This document shows, one piece after another, positions 9,336 to 16,812 of a stretch of DNA of 58,727 bases. Both the position numbers and the translations under genes were made by a program. Source of the DNA: a virus (Duplodnaviria; Caudoviricetes); IMG/VR virus record IMGVR_UViG_3300032287_001165, positions 1 to 58,727 of that record. One strand, 5' to 3'. Each line of letters starts with the position of its first letter. Within the stretch, counting starts at the first letter, position 1. The notes under the pieces are model-generated. The model was not told the DNA's origin. It saw only the letters and a list, made by a program, of their open reading frames with translations, and did no database searches.

Positions 9336-9764
9336 TTATGTCGTTGCAACTGTAACTGTACCAACTTCTACCGCTAAAACCAAGTTGTTTGGGGTGAGTC
9401 CGTCGTCATTTGCTCTTGACCCACCCACTGGTGCCCAACCCCATTGAAATATCCGACTACCGCCACCCACAATACCCTGCGCGTCCACGTTGGGGCTGTT
9501 GGTCAGGACAATCTGCAAACCTGTGCGCCCAGATAGCTGGTAGCTCAAGTCCGGCCTTGGGTCTCTCACCCCTTGCGGATCGTCCACTGGGTACATACCC
9601 AACTGGAGCTGTGGCTGATCGGGATCCCAGCACTGCGGGCACACCTTCAAGTCGTATGTCTTGGTCTTGACAACGAGCTTTTGGAGCGCCGTGAGCTTGA
9701 ACCTGAATCCACACCGGTCGCACTCGGCAATGGAGTTCTTGCCGGAGGAAAACCGGTTCCCCAT
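9336..9764 (-). CDS. Zn-finger protein (CDRC...CPQCWD)
   Basis: Two CxxC pairs; coupled in late operon. Confidence 0.75.
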   Translation of the reverse strand: MGNRFSSGKNSIAECDRCGFRFKLTALQKLVVKTKTYDLKVCPQCWDPDQPQLQLGMYPVDDPQGVRDPRPDLSYQLSGRTGLQIVLTNSPNVDAQGIVGGGSRIFQWGWAPVGGSRANDDGLTPNNLVLAVEVGTVTVATT

Positions 9765-10702
9765 TACGTACTGCTCCCAATGAACATCTGTCTGGGCACG
9801 AGACGCAACGCGGCGCGTTCTTGATCTTCGTCAGCCGCCGTCATCCATGCCTCGTCGTACTGCTGTTTCAAGACCCCAAGGCGATCCATACCCCCCGGCA
9901 CCTTGAGCGCGATGTAATAGGCCAGTCCAGCCACCATACAGGGCACAAAACGGAAGGGCACGTCCATGACATTGACACCACCGCCAGCATCCTGCACGCG
10001 ACGCATGCGCCAATACACGAATTGGTATGTCTGAGAGCCGTCAGGCGTTGGCCACATGGTTACGCGGGGGATGTTGTTGACGTAAATCTTGGCTGTGGCG
10101 CTTGCGGTATGCGATGCGGCTGTCGTTCCGTTCTGACCACGGTAGCAGTCCCCCAATGTGTTGCCTTCAATGTAGTTGTAGAAGATGGTTTCGCTGTCCA
10201 AATTGATGTAACCAATAGCAGGCAAACCCGCAACCGTGGAAAGTTCAATTGTGTTGATGGAAGCGTTGATACTTGTCGCCAAAACCGCCGATGTGGGGCT
10301 TATCTGGCCATCCAAACGCTGATACCAGACCTGAATGGGTCTGGCTTGGGTCAATTTGTTGGGTAATGTGGCGTAGGTGGACACGCTGATACGCGTGATT
10401 GTCAAATCTGACTGTGTTGACTGGACATTTGCCTGTGTTCTGATGACGTGATCGAGCAAATCGACAGTGTCAGCAGGGATGGGGTAGGTGTTCAAGCCTT
10501 GAGTTAGGGTGATCGTGCCCTGCTCGAACGTCCACATGTTGACACCGCGATTTGCCCAATCAGCAAACAATAAATTCAGCGACCGGCGAGCCGTTCTCAG
10601 GTCATACCCAGTGCGCATCTCTGAACCAGCACGCTCAAACGCCTCCTCCACCAGCTCGGTGAGGTCTAAATTAAAGCCTGACTGTCCAGAAGTTGTTGCC
10701 AT
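9764..10702 (-). CDS. Head-tail connector / stabilisation protein
   Basis: LVEEAFERAG...TARRSLNLLFADWANRG...WPTPD...AGLAYY pattern. Confidence 0.65.
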   Translation of the reverse strand: MATTSGQSGFNLDLTELVEEAFERAGSEMRTGYDLRTARRSLNLLFADWANRGVNMWTFEQGTITLTQGLNTYPIPADTVDLLDHVIRTQANVQSTQSDLTITRISVSTYATLPNKLTQARPIQVWYQRLDGQISPTSAVLATSINASINTIELSTVAGLPAIGYINLDSETIFYNYIEGNTLGDCYRGQNGTTAASHTASATAKIYVNNIPRVTMWPTPDGSQTYQFVYWRMRRVQDAGGGVNVMDVPFRFVPCMVAGLAYYIALKVPGGMDRLGVLKQQYDEAWMTAADEDQERAALRLVPRQMFIGSST

Positions 10703-10935
10703 TATCTAAATCCCGCCGTTTTCTTTGCCACCTTGGGTGGTTGCTTCACGAACTGTTTCCCTTTAGCTTTGCCAGCACGTTTTGCACGCGTTGTCGCAGC
10801 GTACTCAGCAGGGCTGAGAGCTTTGATTGCAGCTTCTGGAAGATACCTTTCGCCTGTGTCAGAAGATTTTTTGCCACTTTTGGTTCTCCACTTTTGGTCA
10901 CCCCAGTTTTTCAAGGACTGTTGCGGCGCTTTCAA
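10702..10935 (-). CDS. Small basic protein, resembles C-terminal half of DUF5872
   Basis: QQSLKNWGDQKWRTKSG...ERYLPEAA. Confidence 0.65.
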   Translation of the reverse strand: MKAPQQSLKNWGDQKWRTKSGKKSSDTGERYLPEAAIKALSPAEYAATTRAKRAGKAKGKQFVKQPPKVAKKTAGFR

Positions 10936-11207
10936 TCTTTGTACCCCCCGCCAGCAGCCTTGTACTTCTTGGCCACCAACTGGGCTTTTCTAGCCGACCA
11001 CTGACCTGCGCCAGTGCCGTGAGTTGCCGCCGCCTTGACCTGCGACACAATCCGTTTGCGCAAACTGGGTTTGGTGTAATTTCCAGACGCGTTCACTTTC
11101 CCGCCCTCTTTGTACTGGGTGAAATCGGTATCGTCCCGACGGGCTTTTTTCTTCCCGCCGGGCATTTTGGAGGGGTTGATGTCCCCCATACCACGGCTGG
11201 ACATCAT
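10932..11207 (-). CDS. Small basic protein, resembles N-terminal half of DUF5872
   Basis: NYTKPSLRKRI...GQWSARKAQLVAKKYKAAGGGY. Confidence 0.7.
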   Translation of the reverse strand: MMSSRGMGDINPSKMPGGKKKARRDDTDFTQYKEGGKVNASGNYTKPSLRKRIVSQVKAAATHGTGAGQWSARKAQLVAKKYKAAGGGYKD

Positions 11208-11208
11208 C

Positions 11209-11574
11209 TCAGCACATCTTTCCGCCGGACTTCATGGTAACCATCTTGCCTTTGGTTTTGCCTTTGACAGCAACACCGTCTTTACTGGGAGCAGCAGTTT
11301 TCACTGAACCCATCTTGGCGCTGGTCATGCCACCAGAAGCCATCTTCTTCATTGGCATTTCTTTTTTGCCTTTTGCCATTTCTTTTTTCTTGGCAATCAT
11401 TTCCATGAAAGGGTTTGCTTTAGCCATATCACCACCTCTTTTAAAAGTTTTGCCTTTGTCGGCGTTTGAAAAATCCTTGCCCACAGACTGCGGGACTCCT
11501 ACCCTCTTGGCAAACGCTGGACTGTGCGCCACCGCTTCCATGAATTTGTGCTGTTTCTTACTCGTGCTTGGCAT
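11209..11574 (-). CDS. Lys/Met-rich basic protein with three [FM]xxGG motifs
   Basis: MPSTSKKQHKFMEAVAH; FKRGG, MASGG, MKSGG. Confidence 0.75.
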   Translation of the reverse strand: MPSTSKKQHKFMEAVAHSPAFAKRVGVPQSVGKDFSNADKGKTFKRGGDMAKANPFMEMIAKKKEMAKGKKEMPMKKMASGGMTSAKMGSVKTAAPSKDGVAVKGKTKGKMVTMKSGGKMC

Positions 11575-11746
11575 ACTTGGCCACCAAGTTTTTAACAGTT
11601 TCAGTTTCCCAGATGCGGATAATCATCCACACAATGGTCAATATTCCACCAACAAGGGCTACGACGGGAGTCATCCAGCCCATGAAACCACCGAGTCCAA
11701 CAACCACAGCAGCGCCATCAGTCATTGTTTTTACATCGTTGTTCAT
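11558..11746 (-). CDS. Small membrane protein, possible holin
   Basis: 62 aa; long hydrophobic stretch and basic C-terminus. Confidence 0.5.
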   Translation of the reverse strand: MNNDVKTMTDGAAVVVGLGGFMGWMTPVVALVGGILTIVWMIIRIWETETVKNLVAKYAKHE

Positions 11747-11958
11747 ACCATCCGACCTTTTGTTTTGCCTTTGACAGCACAGCCGTCTGCACGGGCAGAG
11801 GCTGAACCACCCTTGGCATAATTCTTTGAAGGAATTTTTACTTCCGAATTGGGCTTACTGCGCTGCGCAGGAGGGGGTATACGTGCTTCAGGTTTTTCAC
11901 CCATATAAGGTAGCTGCTGAATTGGTACTTTGAACTGCGGAGTATCTGATTTAGCCAT
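11743..11958 (-). CDS. Small basic protein (YAKGG...DGCAVKGKTKGRMV)
   Basis: GAGG RBS; C-terminus shared with 11209..11574. Confidence 0.7.
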   Translation of the reverse strand: MAKSDTPQFKVPIQQLPYMGEKPEARIPPPAQRSKPNSEVKIPSKNYAKGGSASARADGCAVKGKTKGRMV

Positions 11959-11967
11959 GATGTTTCC

Positions 11968-12222
11968 TCAACATTTCCACGCCCGAAGGCTTTTGTTAAT
12001 CCTCGAATTTGGATCCTTGGCGGTTTTTTCGCTCGTCAATTTCTTTTTCATCCCTTCCATACGGGCGCAAAAAGAGTCGCGGCGACTGCCGCCCTCTGGC
12101 TGGGGAGCTTTCAAACCCGGTTTCCCCGGGTTCGCTTTGTTGTAAGAGGCGCGTCCTTTGGCGTTCAAGCCGCCTTTGGGATTCTTCCCCTCTGCTCGTT
12201 GCCATGCTGGTGATTTAGCCAT
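11968..12222 (-). CDS. DUF6321-like small basic protein
   Basis: AWQRAEGKNPKGGLNAKGR...RRDSFCARM...LRAWKC. Confidence 0.7.
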   Translation of the reverse strand: MAKSPAWQRAEGKNPKGGLNAKGRASYNKANPGKPGLKAPQPEGGSRRDSFCARMEGMKKKLTSEKTAKDPNSRINKSLRAWKC

Positions 12223-12505
12223 AGAACACAGTCACGCTGGCAATGTTTGTCAGCGTTGCATAAATGTTGGTATAGCATCTGACACCCTCGCCCGGCACCA
12301 AAACGTAGAACGAGTTGGGGTTTGAGTTGGATGGAATGTCGATCTCAATCACAGTTGTACCGCCGGAACCGCCATCTTTCAACAACAGTGTTCCAGCAGT
12401 ACTCGCTGTTGCGCAGATAGAAAACCCTTTGATACGCGCTGGCTGGGTAAAAACCGAACCAGACGCGTTCAAACGCGTTGACTTGACGTCATACTGCATC
12501 GTCAT
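12215..12505 (-). CDS. Virion structural protein
   Basis: 96 aa beta-rich; AGGAG RBS. Confidence 0.7.
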   Translation of the reverse strand: MTMQYDVKSTRLNASGSVFTQPARIKGFSICATASTAGTLLLKDGGSGGTTVIEIDIPSNSNPNSFYVLVPGEGVRCYTNIYATLTNIASVTVFYG

Positions 12506-12518
12506 GGGGTGCTCCTAA

Positions 12519-13058
12519 TCAGGAATTGGCAAACGGTGTGGCAACAGTGCCTGTACCCAATGCAACACCATTGACCATGTATTTGAGAGCAGCGATTGCG
12601 TAAATCTGCACCCAAGTACCAGCAACACCACCGGTTGTGCCACCGTTGAAGTTGATGAAGTCGTTTGCGGCTGCGGCAGTGTAGGCAACCAAAGCGTTGG
12701 AGCTGTCTGTGTCCACACCAAAGATGGTGCCAATGTACTTGTCAGTACCGTCAGTACCAATCTTCAAAGAGCTTGTGGCAATGGTTGTGGGAACCCAGAT
12801 GGTGTACACAACGCCTTGGTTGTTCGGTGTGCTGGGGTCTTGGCCGGGGCCAGAAGTGGTTGGGTTGGCATCAGCATTGATGGTAGGCAGAGTCAGTGTG
12901 ATGTCTGCGGCCAAAGTGCCACCAACGGAAAGAATGCGACCGCCGTGGTCAACGGGGTTCAATGTGGTTGAAGCGGTGATTGCGACAACAGAGGCGGGGC
13001 CTTGGTTGTACATGCCAGCCAAAGAACGGACTGGGCCTTGAAATGTGGTGCGTGCCAT
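12519..13058 (-). CDS. Capsid-associated (decoration/fibre) protein
   Basis: MARTTFQGPVRS start typical of genes following this MCP type; GAGG RBS. Confidence 0.65.
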   Translation of the reverse strand: MARTTFQGPVRSLAGMYNQGPASVVAITASTTLNPVDHGGRILSVGGTLAADITLTLPTINADANPTTSGPGQDPSTPNNQGVVYTIWVPTTIATSSLKIGTDGTDKYIGTIFGVDTDSSNALVAYTAAAANDFINFNGGTTGGVAGTWVQIYAIAALKYMVNGVALGTGTVATPFANS

Positions 13059-13065
13059 GTTTTTT

Positions 13066-13140
13066 CCTCACATGCGATTGAGGCGTATCTGTCTGCATGT
13101 CGTCAGCCGGGACTGTCAGATACACCGGAAAACCCCGGAA
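13066..13140 (-). ncRNA. Pseudoknotted RNA downstream of the gpT-like capsid gene, probable Mu-gpT-DE motif
   Basis: Crossing pairings CCGGG/CCCGG, GGUGUAUCUG/CAGAUACGCC, ACAUGC/GCAUGU; position matches the described motif. Confidence 0.6.
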
Positions 13141-13147
13141 TGGTTTG

Positions 13148-13176
13148 AATATACCTTAAATAAAAAGGGGGCACAA
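13148..13176 (-). promoter_or_regulatory. Putative sigma70 promoter TTGTGC-N17-TATATT
   Basis: Near-consensus spacing; -35 lies in the terminator hairpin. Confidence 0.4.
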
Positions 13177-13184
13177 GGCCCCCT
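13162..13184 (-). terminator. Intrinsic terminator after the major capsid gene
   Basis: AGGGGGC-CTTGT-GCCCCCT then T-run. Confidence 0.75.
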
Positions 13185-13193
13185 CCCAGTCGC

Positions 13194-14123
13194 TTACGCG
13201 CCTGCTGAACCCCACATACCGAGAGGATCAGACCAGCCGAAGCTGTAACGCTCACGAGCCTTGTAACGGACGTTGCCGGTATCAAAGTCGCCGTCCATTG
13301 AGTTGGACAGAGGCATACGCTCGAAGTGCTTCATGCCGTTTGGAACGTCCGTAATCAAATACCAGCCGTTAACGTCGGTCAAGAAGTGGTTGACGGTGTA
13401 GCCTTCAGGGATTGCGCCCATCTGCTTCAACGCGTTGATGTCGTTGTCGGCAGTAGAAACACGCAGCTCAGTGTCAAGCAAACGCTTGGCAACGAACATC
13501 AGTGAAGGAGGCACAATCATCTTGCGGGGCTTGGCGGCAATCAACAGGCCACGTTCATCAGTCCACGCTGCGATTTGAATCACGGCGTTTTCCAATGAAG
13601 TTTCGTTCAAGTCCACACCAGTGGTTGGGCTGTTGTAGTTAACAGAGCCGTTTACCAAAGGGTGGCCAACACGAGTGCTGGAGCTGTTGTTACCGAACAA
13701 AGTAACGCCGTCACCACCCAAGTAGGAGCCATTGAAACCGTTGTTGATAACAGCGGCTGCTTTGACTTGCTTGGTGTATGCCATTGCACGGGCCAAAGCT
13801 TTGGTGTAACGAGCAGACAAGCTGTCGTACAAGTTATCTTCAATCGCTTCTTCAGTGATTGAAAAACCCAAGGCGATGGTTTCGTGGTTGTAACGTGCAG
13901 TGAACGCTTCTTGCGCATTGTCATAAGCAATGGCAGAACCTTCGTTCTTGACGGGAGCAGCACCGAAACCAGCAAGCTTGGTCTCTTCTTCAAAGCTACG
14001 CTCAGATTTCTCTGTTTCGTAGATTTCTTTGTGCTCTTCGCCGTAGCGTGCATATTCCATACCGAACAAAGCGTTCAGGCCGGGGAGCAACTCTTTAAGT
14101 AGTTGTGCGCGTGAAATTGCCAT
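13194..14123 (-). CDS. Major capsid protein (Mu gpT-like, HK97 fold)
   Basis: MAISRAQLLKELLPGLNALFG...YKARERYSFGWSDP; follows portal and scaffold; strong RBS and terminator. Confidence 0.9.
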   Translation of the reverse strand: MAISRAQLLKELLPGLNALFGMEYARYGEEHKEIYETEKSERSFEEETKLAGFGAAPVKNEGSAIAYDNAQEAFTARYNHETIALGFSITEEAIEDNLYDSLSARYTKALARAMAYTKQVKAAAVINNGFNGSYLGGDGVTLFGNNSSSTRVGHPLVNGSVNYNSPTTGVDLNETSLENAVIQIAAWTDERGLLIAAKPRKMIVPPSLMFVAKRLLDTELRVSTADNDINALKQMGAIPEGYTVNHFLTDVNGWYLITDVPNGMKHFERMPLSNSMDGDFDTGNVRYKARERYSFGWSDPLGMWGSAGA

Positions 14124-14136
14124 TTTGAGTTACTCC

Positions 14137-14763
14137 TTACAGGCCAACAGCGTTGGTGAATGTGTGATAGCCGGGGTTAATTTTGACAAGGATGTCGGTG
14201 TAAGCGTCGCCTACAGTCGAGAAACCTTGCATATTAACGAACCCAACAACACGGAAAGCTGCGGTGGTAGTCACAGCCGAGGAACCTGCTACAACAGAAG
14301 CTGTAGAGTTACCTGTGGATGTGCTGCCAGTTGCCACAGCGCTGGTTGAGAAAAACACGTTTGCGCCAACCGCAGCTTGTGTCACACTGCCAGCGGACTG
14401 GACTTGGAACACAACACCGGGGTCATCCACAACGTAGGCGTTAATCACACCAGTTGTACCTGTGGGGTAGTACTGAGCGTAAATTACTTGGCCTTGTGTG
14501 TTGATGTAAGAACAACCAACAAACACACCTACGATACCGGTATTAGCGGTGCCAACGGGGAAACCATTGGTGGTCGCGTCAGCGCCGGTTGCGGTTGCCA
14601 CAGCCAGATAGCCAGACGAGTTCACATACACGGGCGAACCGTTGTAAATGTTCGAGGCAGTGCCTGCGGGGTCGATGAGATAAGAACGGGTTGCACCTGC
14701 GTATGGTGTGCCGCCCAACTCATTTACGGGTTTTAGGCCGTAAGGGGATGCTACTGATGCCAT
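14137..14763 (-). CDS. Capsid decoration/cement protein
   Basis: PYGLKPV...GVFVGCSY...VVDDP pattern; immediately upstream of MCP. Confidence 0.65.
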   Translation of the reverse strand: MASVASPYGLKPVNELGGTPYAGATRSYLIDPAGTASNIYNGSPVYVNSSGYLAVATATGADATTNGFPVGTANTGIVGVFVGCSYINTQGQVIYAQYYPTGTTGVINAYVVDDPGVVFQVQSAGSVTQAAVGANVFFSTSAVATGSTSTGNSTASVVAGSSAVTTTAAFRVVGFVNMQGFSTVGDAYTDILVKINPGYHTFTNAVGL

Positions 14764-14778
14764 TTAAGGACTCCTTGT

Positions 14779-15231
14779 TTATTTAGAACCTGAACCAAAT
14801 CCGGCTCCGCGACTGACTGACGATTTTTTCTCGGCAAACAGAGGCATCATCGGGTTGTTGTTTCGCATGAAGTGGTTGTCCACTGATTCCATCTGGTTCT
14901 GAGCTTGCGCGTCGTAGTACTCATCACGGGCTTTGGCGCGTTCGACGGGCATCTTGCAGAGCATGAGACCGCCAATTTCGACATTACCTGTTTTCTCACT
15001 ACCAACAATCATCAACTCAGGATGGTCTGCTGCTTTCACCGGCTCCCAGCCATCGCGAAACTTACGTGACACGTTGGTTGGTTCATGCTGACCCAAGACA
15101 TGTGTGGCTACCCAACGGTAGACATATCCGGGTTCAGGTGTCGGATCGGGCAGCGCAGTCGGCGGTACGTATACAGCACGAGCCTGCTTTTCGCGTGACA
15201 CATTGTCACGAGGGGTACGGTTTTCAGCCAT
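14779..15231 (-). CDS. Conserved head-module protein
   Basis: PEPGYVYRWV...REGWEPV-like motif, GGLMLCKMP. Confidence 0.7.
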   Translation of the reverse strand: MAENRTPRDNVSREKQARAVYVPPTALPDPTPEPGYVYRWVATHVLGQHEPTNVSRKFRDGWEPVKAADHPELMIVGSEKTGNVEIGGLMLCKMPVERAKARDEYYDAQAQNQMESVDNHFMRNNNPMMPLFAEKKSSVSRGAGFGSGSK

Positions 15232-16177
15232 TTTGATTCTCCAATTTTAAAACTTCAGCAACATATTTTTTCGGATCAAGGTTGTACTTTTTAATTAACG
15301 CAGCTTGAGACGGCGTTAACTGTATCTTCCTTGTCCCTGTTGACCGTGATGCCGGAGCAACCACGGATGAAGGCCGCTTTGGAGTCTCAACCGACCTTGG
15401 CTTGTCTTCGTTTCCTCCGAAAACTTCAGGGAACTTCGACTTCACGCGAGCATCAATTTGCTCGAAATATTCATCGGAGCGAGGATCGACTCCGTTGTTG
15501 ACTAGCTTTTGGTGCAGCCCTAGTGCAAAGCTGGTAACTTCCTCGAACCCGTCTGAGCCAAACCACTGGTTTTTTGCTTGCCAGCGCAAGGTTTTTTCGT
15601 CGGCTCGCACCGGTTCGGGTGCTTGTTGACGCGGTTGTACATCAATTTCTTTGGTTTGTAAAGCAGGCGGGCGAAAATTTTGTGCTTGCTGCAACTTTAT
15701 CTTTGCTTCAAACAACTTCTCCTGCGCAGCGATGATGGCATCGGTGTCAAAAGCCTCTTGCGCGGCCTTGTACTCCCGACGCGCATTGTCCAACTCCGCC
15801 TCAGCAGCGGTCTTGGCCATCGTCGTGTACTGCTCTGTACCAGTGCTGACGTACTGTTGAAGCTTCTTGTTTTCTTCAACATAGTGCTGTGCAAGACGCT
15901 CAAGTTCTTGCTTCTCCCTCAAAAGGGCTTCTTTGGCACGGCGTTCGTCGTGACGGGCATGGGTCAACTCCTTGATGCGTTTTTGGGCACCTTGGGTGTA
16001 TGACTCGATCTCGTCGTCGGTTGGGTCTTCTACCTCCCGGTCAAGGGGGCGACGGCCACGATCCTTCTCAGGTGTGTCGTCAACGATCTCAATTTCAACA
16101 TCCTCATTGGTTTCAATTTCAACCTTCTGATTCTTGTCGTCTTCAAGCTCGTCAGGGAACTTGTATTGCTCTGCCAT
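15224..16177 (-). CDS. Capsid scaffolding protein
   Basis: Acidic N-terminus, coiled-coil, W.AKNQWF; between portal and MCP. Confidence 0.65.
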   Translation of the reverse strand: MAEQYKFPDELEDDKNQKVEIETNEDVEIEIVDDTPEKDRGRRPLDREVEDPTDDEIESYTQGAQKRIKELTHARHDERRAKEALLREKQELERLAQHYVEENKKLQQYVSTGTEQYTTMAKTAAEAELDNARREYKAAQEAFDTDAIIAAQEKLFEAKIKLQQAQNFRPPALQTKEIDVQPRQQAPEPVRADEKTLRWQAKNQWFGSDGFEEVTSFALGLHQKLVNNGVDPRSDEYFEQIDARVKSKFPEVFGGNEDKPRSVETPKRPSSVVAPASRSTGTRKIQLTPSQAALIKKYNLDPKKYVAEVLKLENQNG

Positions 16178-16187
16178 ATCTGCTCCT

Positions 16188-16625
16188 TTAAGCGCGGGTT
16201 AGCCCACGAGGGTCTTGCACAACAGCGTCCACTTGGTCATCATTGATGAGCCGGAACTCTTTTCCGAAAATCTTGAACCGCGTACCGGAATATGTACGCA
16301 CGAGTACGAAGTCACCTTCCTTGCACCACGCGCCTGCGGGAAACTTGGTCTGGTCTTTGTACGCGTCAGGGCCGACCTTGAGCACAAACAGAACCGTTGT
16401 GGCATGTTCTTCTTGGCGCAGGGTGGATGTGGCTTTCACAAGATCAAGCTCGGTGCCGTCAATCTTTTCAGAAATGTCGGGCACGGCACACAGCAACTTC
16501 CAGCCTGTTGGCTCTGGCAGCATGGTGGCTTTCTCTTCGTTTGTTGCGTCGGGTGCTGGCGCATCGACGGGCTGAATTGCTTCAGGCAGGGCATACTGCC
16601 CCGGTTCTAGAACGGTGTCATTCAT
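16188..16625 (-). CDS. groES: Co-chaperonin GroES-like protein
   Basis: PTGWKLL...VLKVGPDAY...WCKEGDFV...YSGT...FRLINDDQVDAVV. Confidence 0.85.
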   Translation of the reverse strand: MNDTVLEPGQYALPEAIQPVDAPAPDATNEEKATMLPEPTGWKLLCAVPDISEKIDGTELDLVKATSTLRQEEHATTVLFVLKVGPDAYKDQTKFPAGAWCKEGDFVLVRTYSGTRFKIFGKEFRLINDDQVDAVVQDPRGLTRA

Positions 16626-16812
16626 CGGATTTTTCTACTTTCTCTGCAAGGTCAAGAAGATGGCGCTCTGCGATAGCTAGACCCTGAATAACACCGCAAA
16701 GTTTTTGATACTCATCGAAATTGCGACACCCACCACCGGCGCAGTCATCTGCGTAGTTGTTCATGTCGGTACGTATTTTTTCGCGCAATACGCGTGCGAA
16801 GTCTTGAATCAT
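16618..16812 (-). CDS. Small conserved protein downstream of portal
   Basis: 64 aa; YQKLCGVIQGL; ATGA coupling. Confidence 0.7.
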   Translation of the reverse strand: MIQDFARVLREKIRTDMNNYADDCAGGGCRNFDEYQKLCGVIQGLAIAERHLLDLAEKVEKSDE

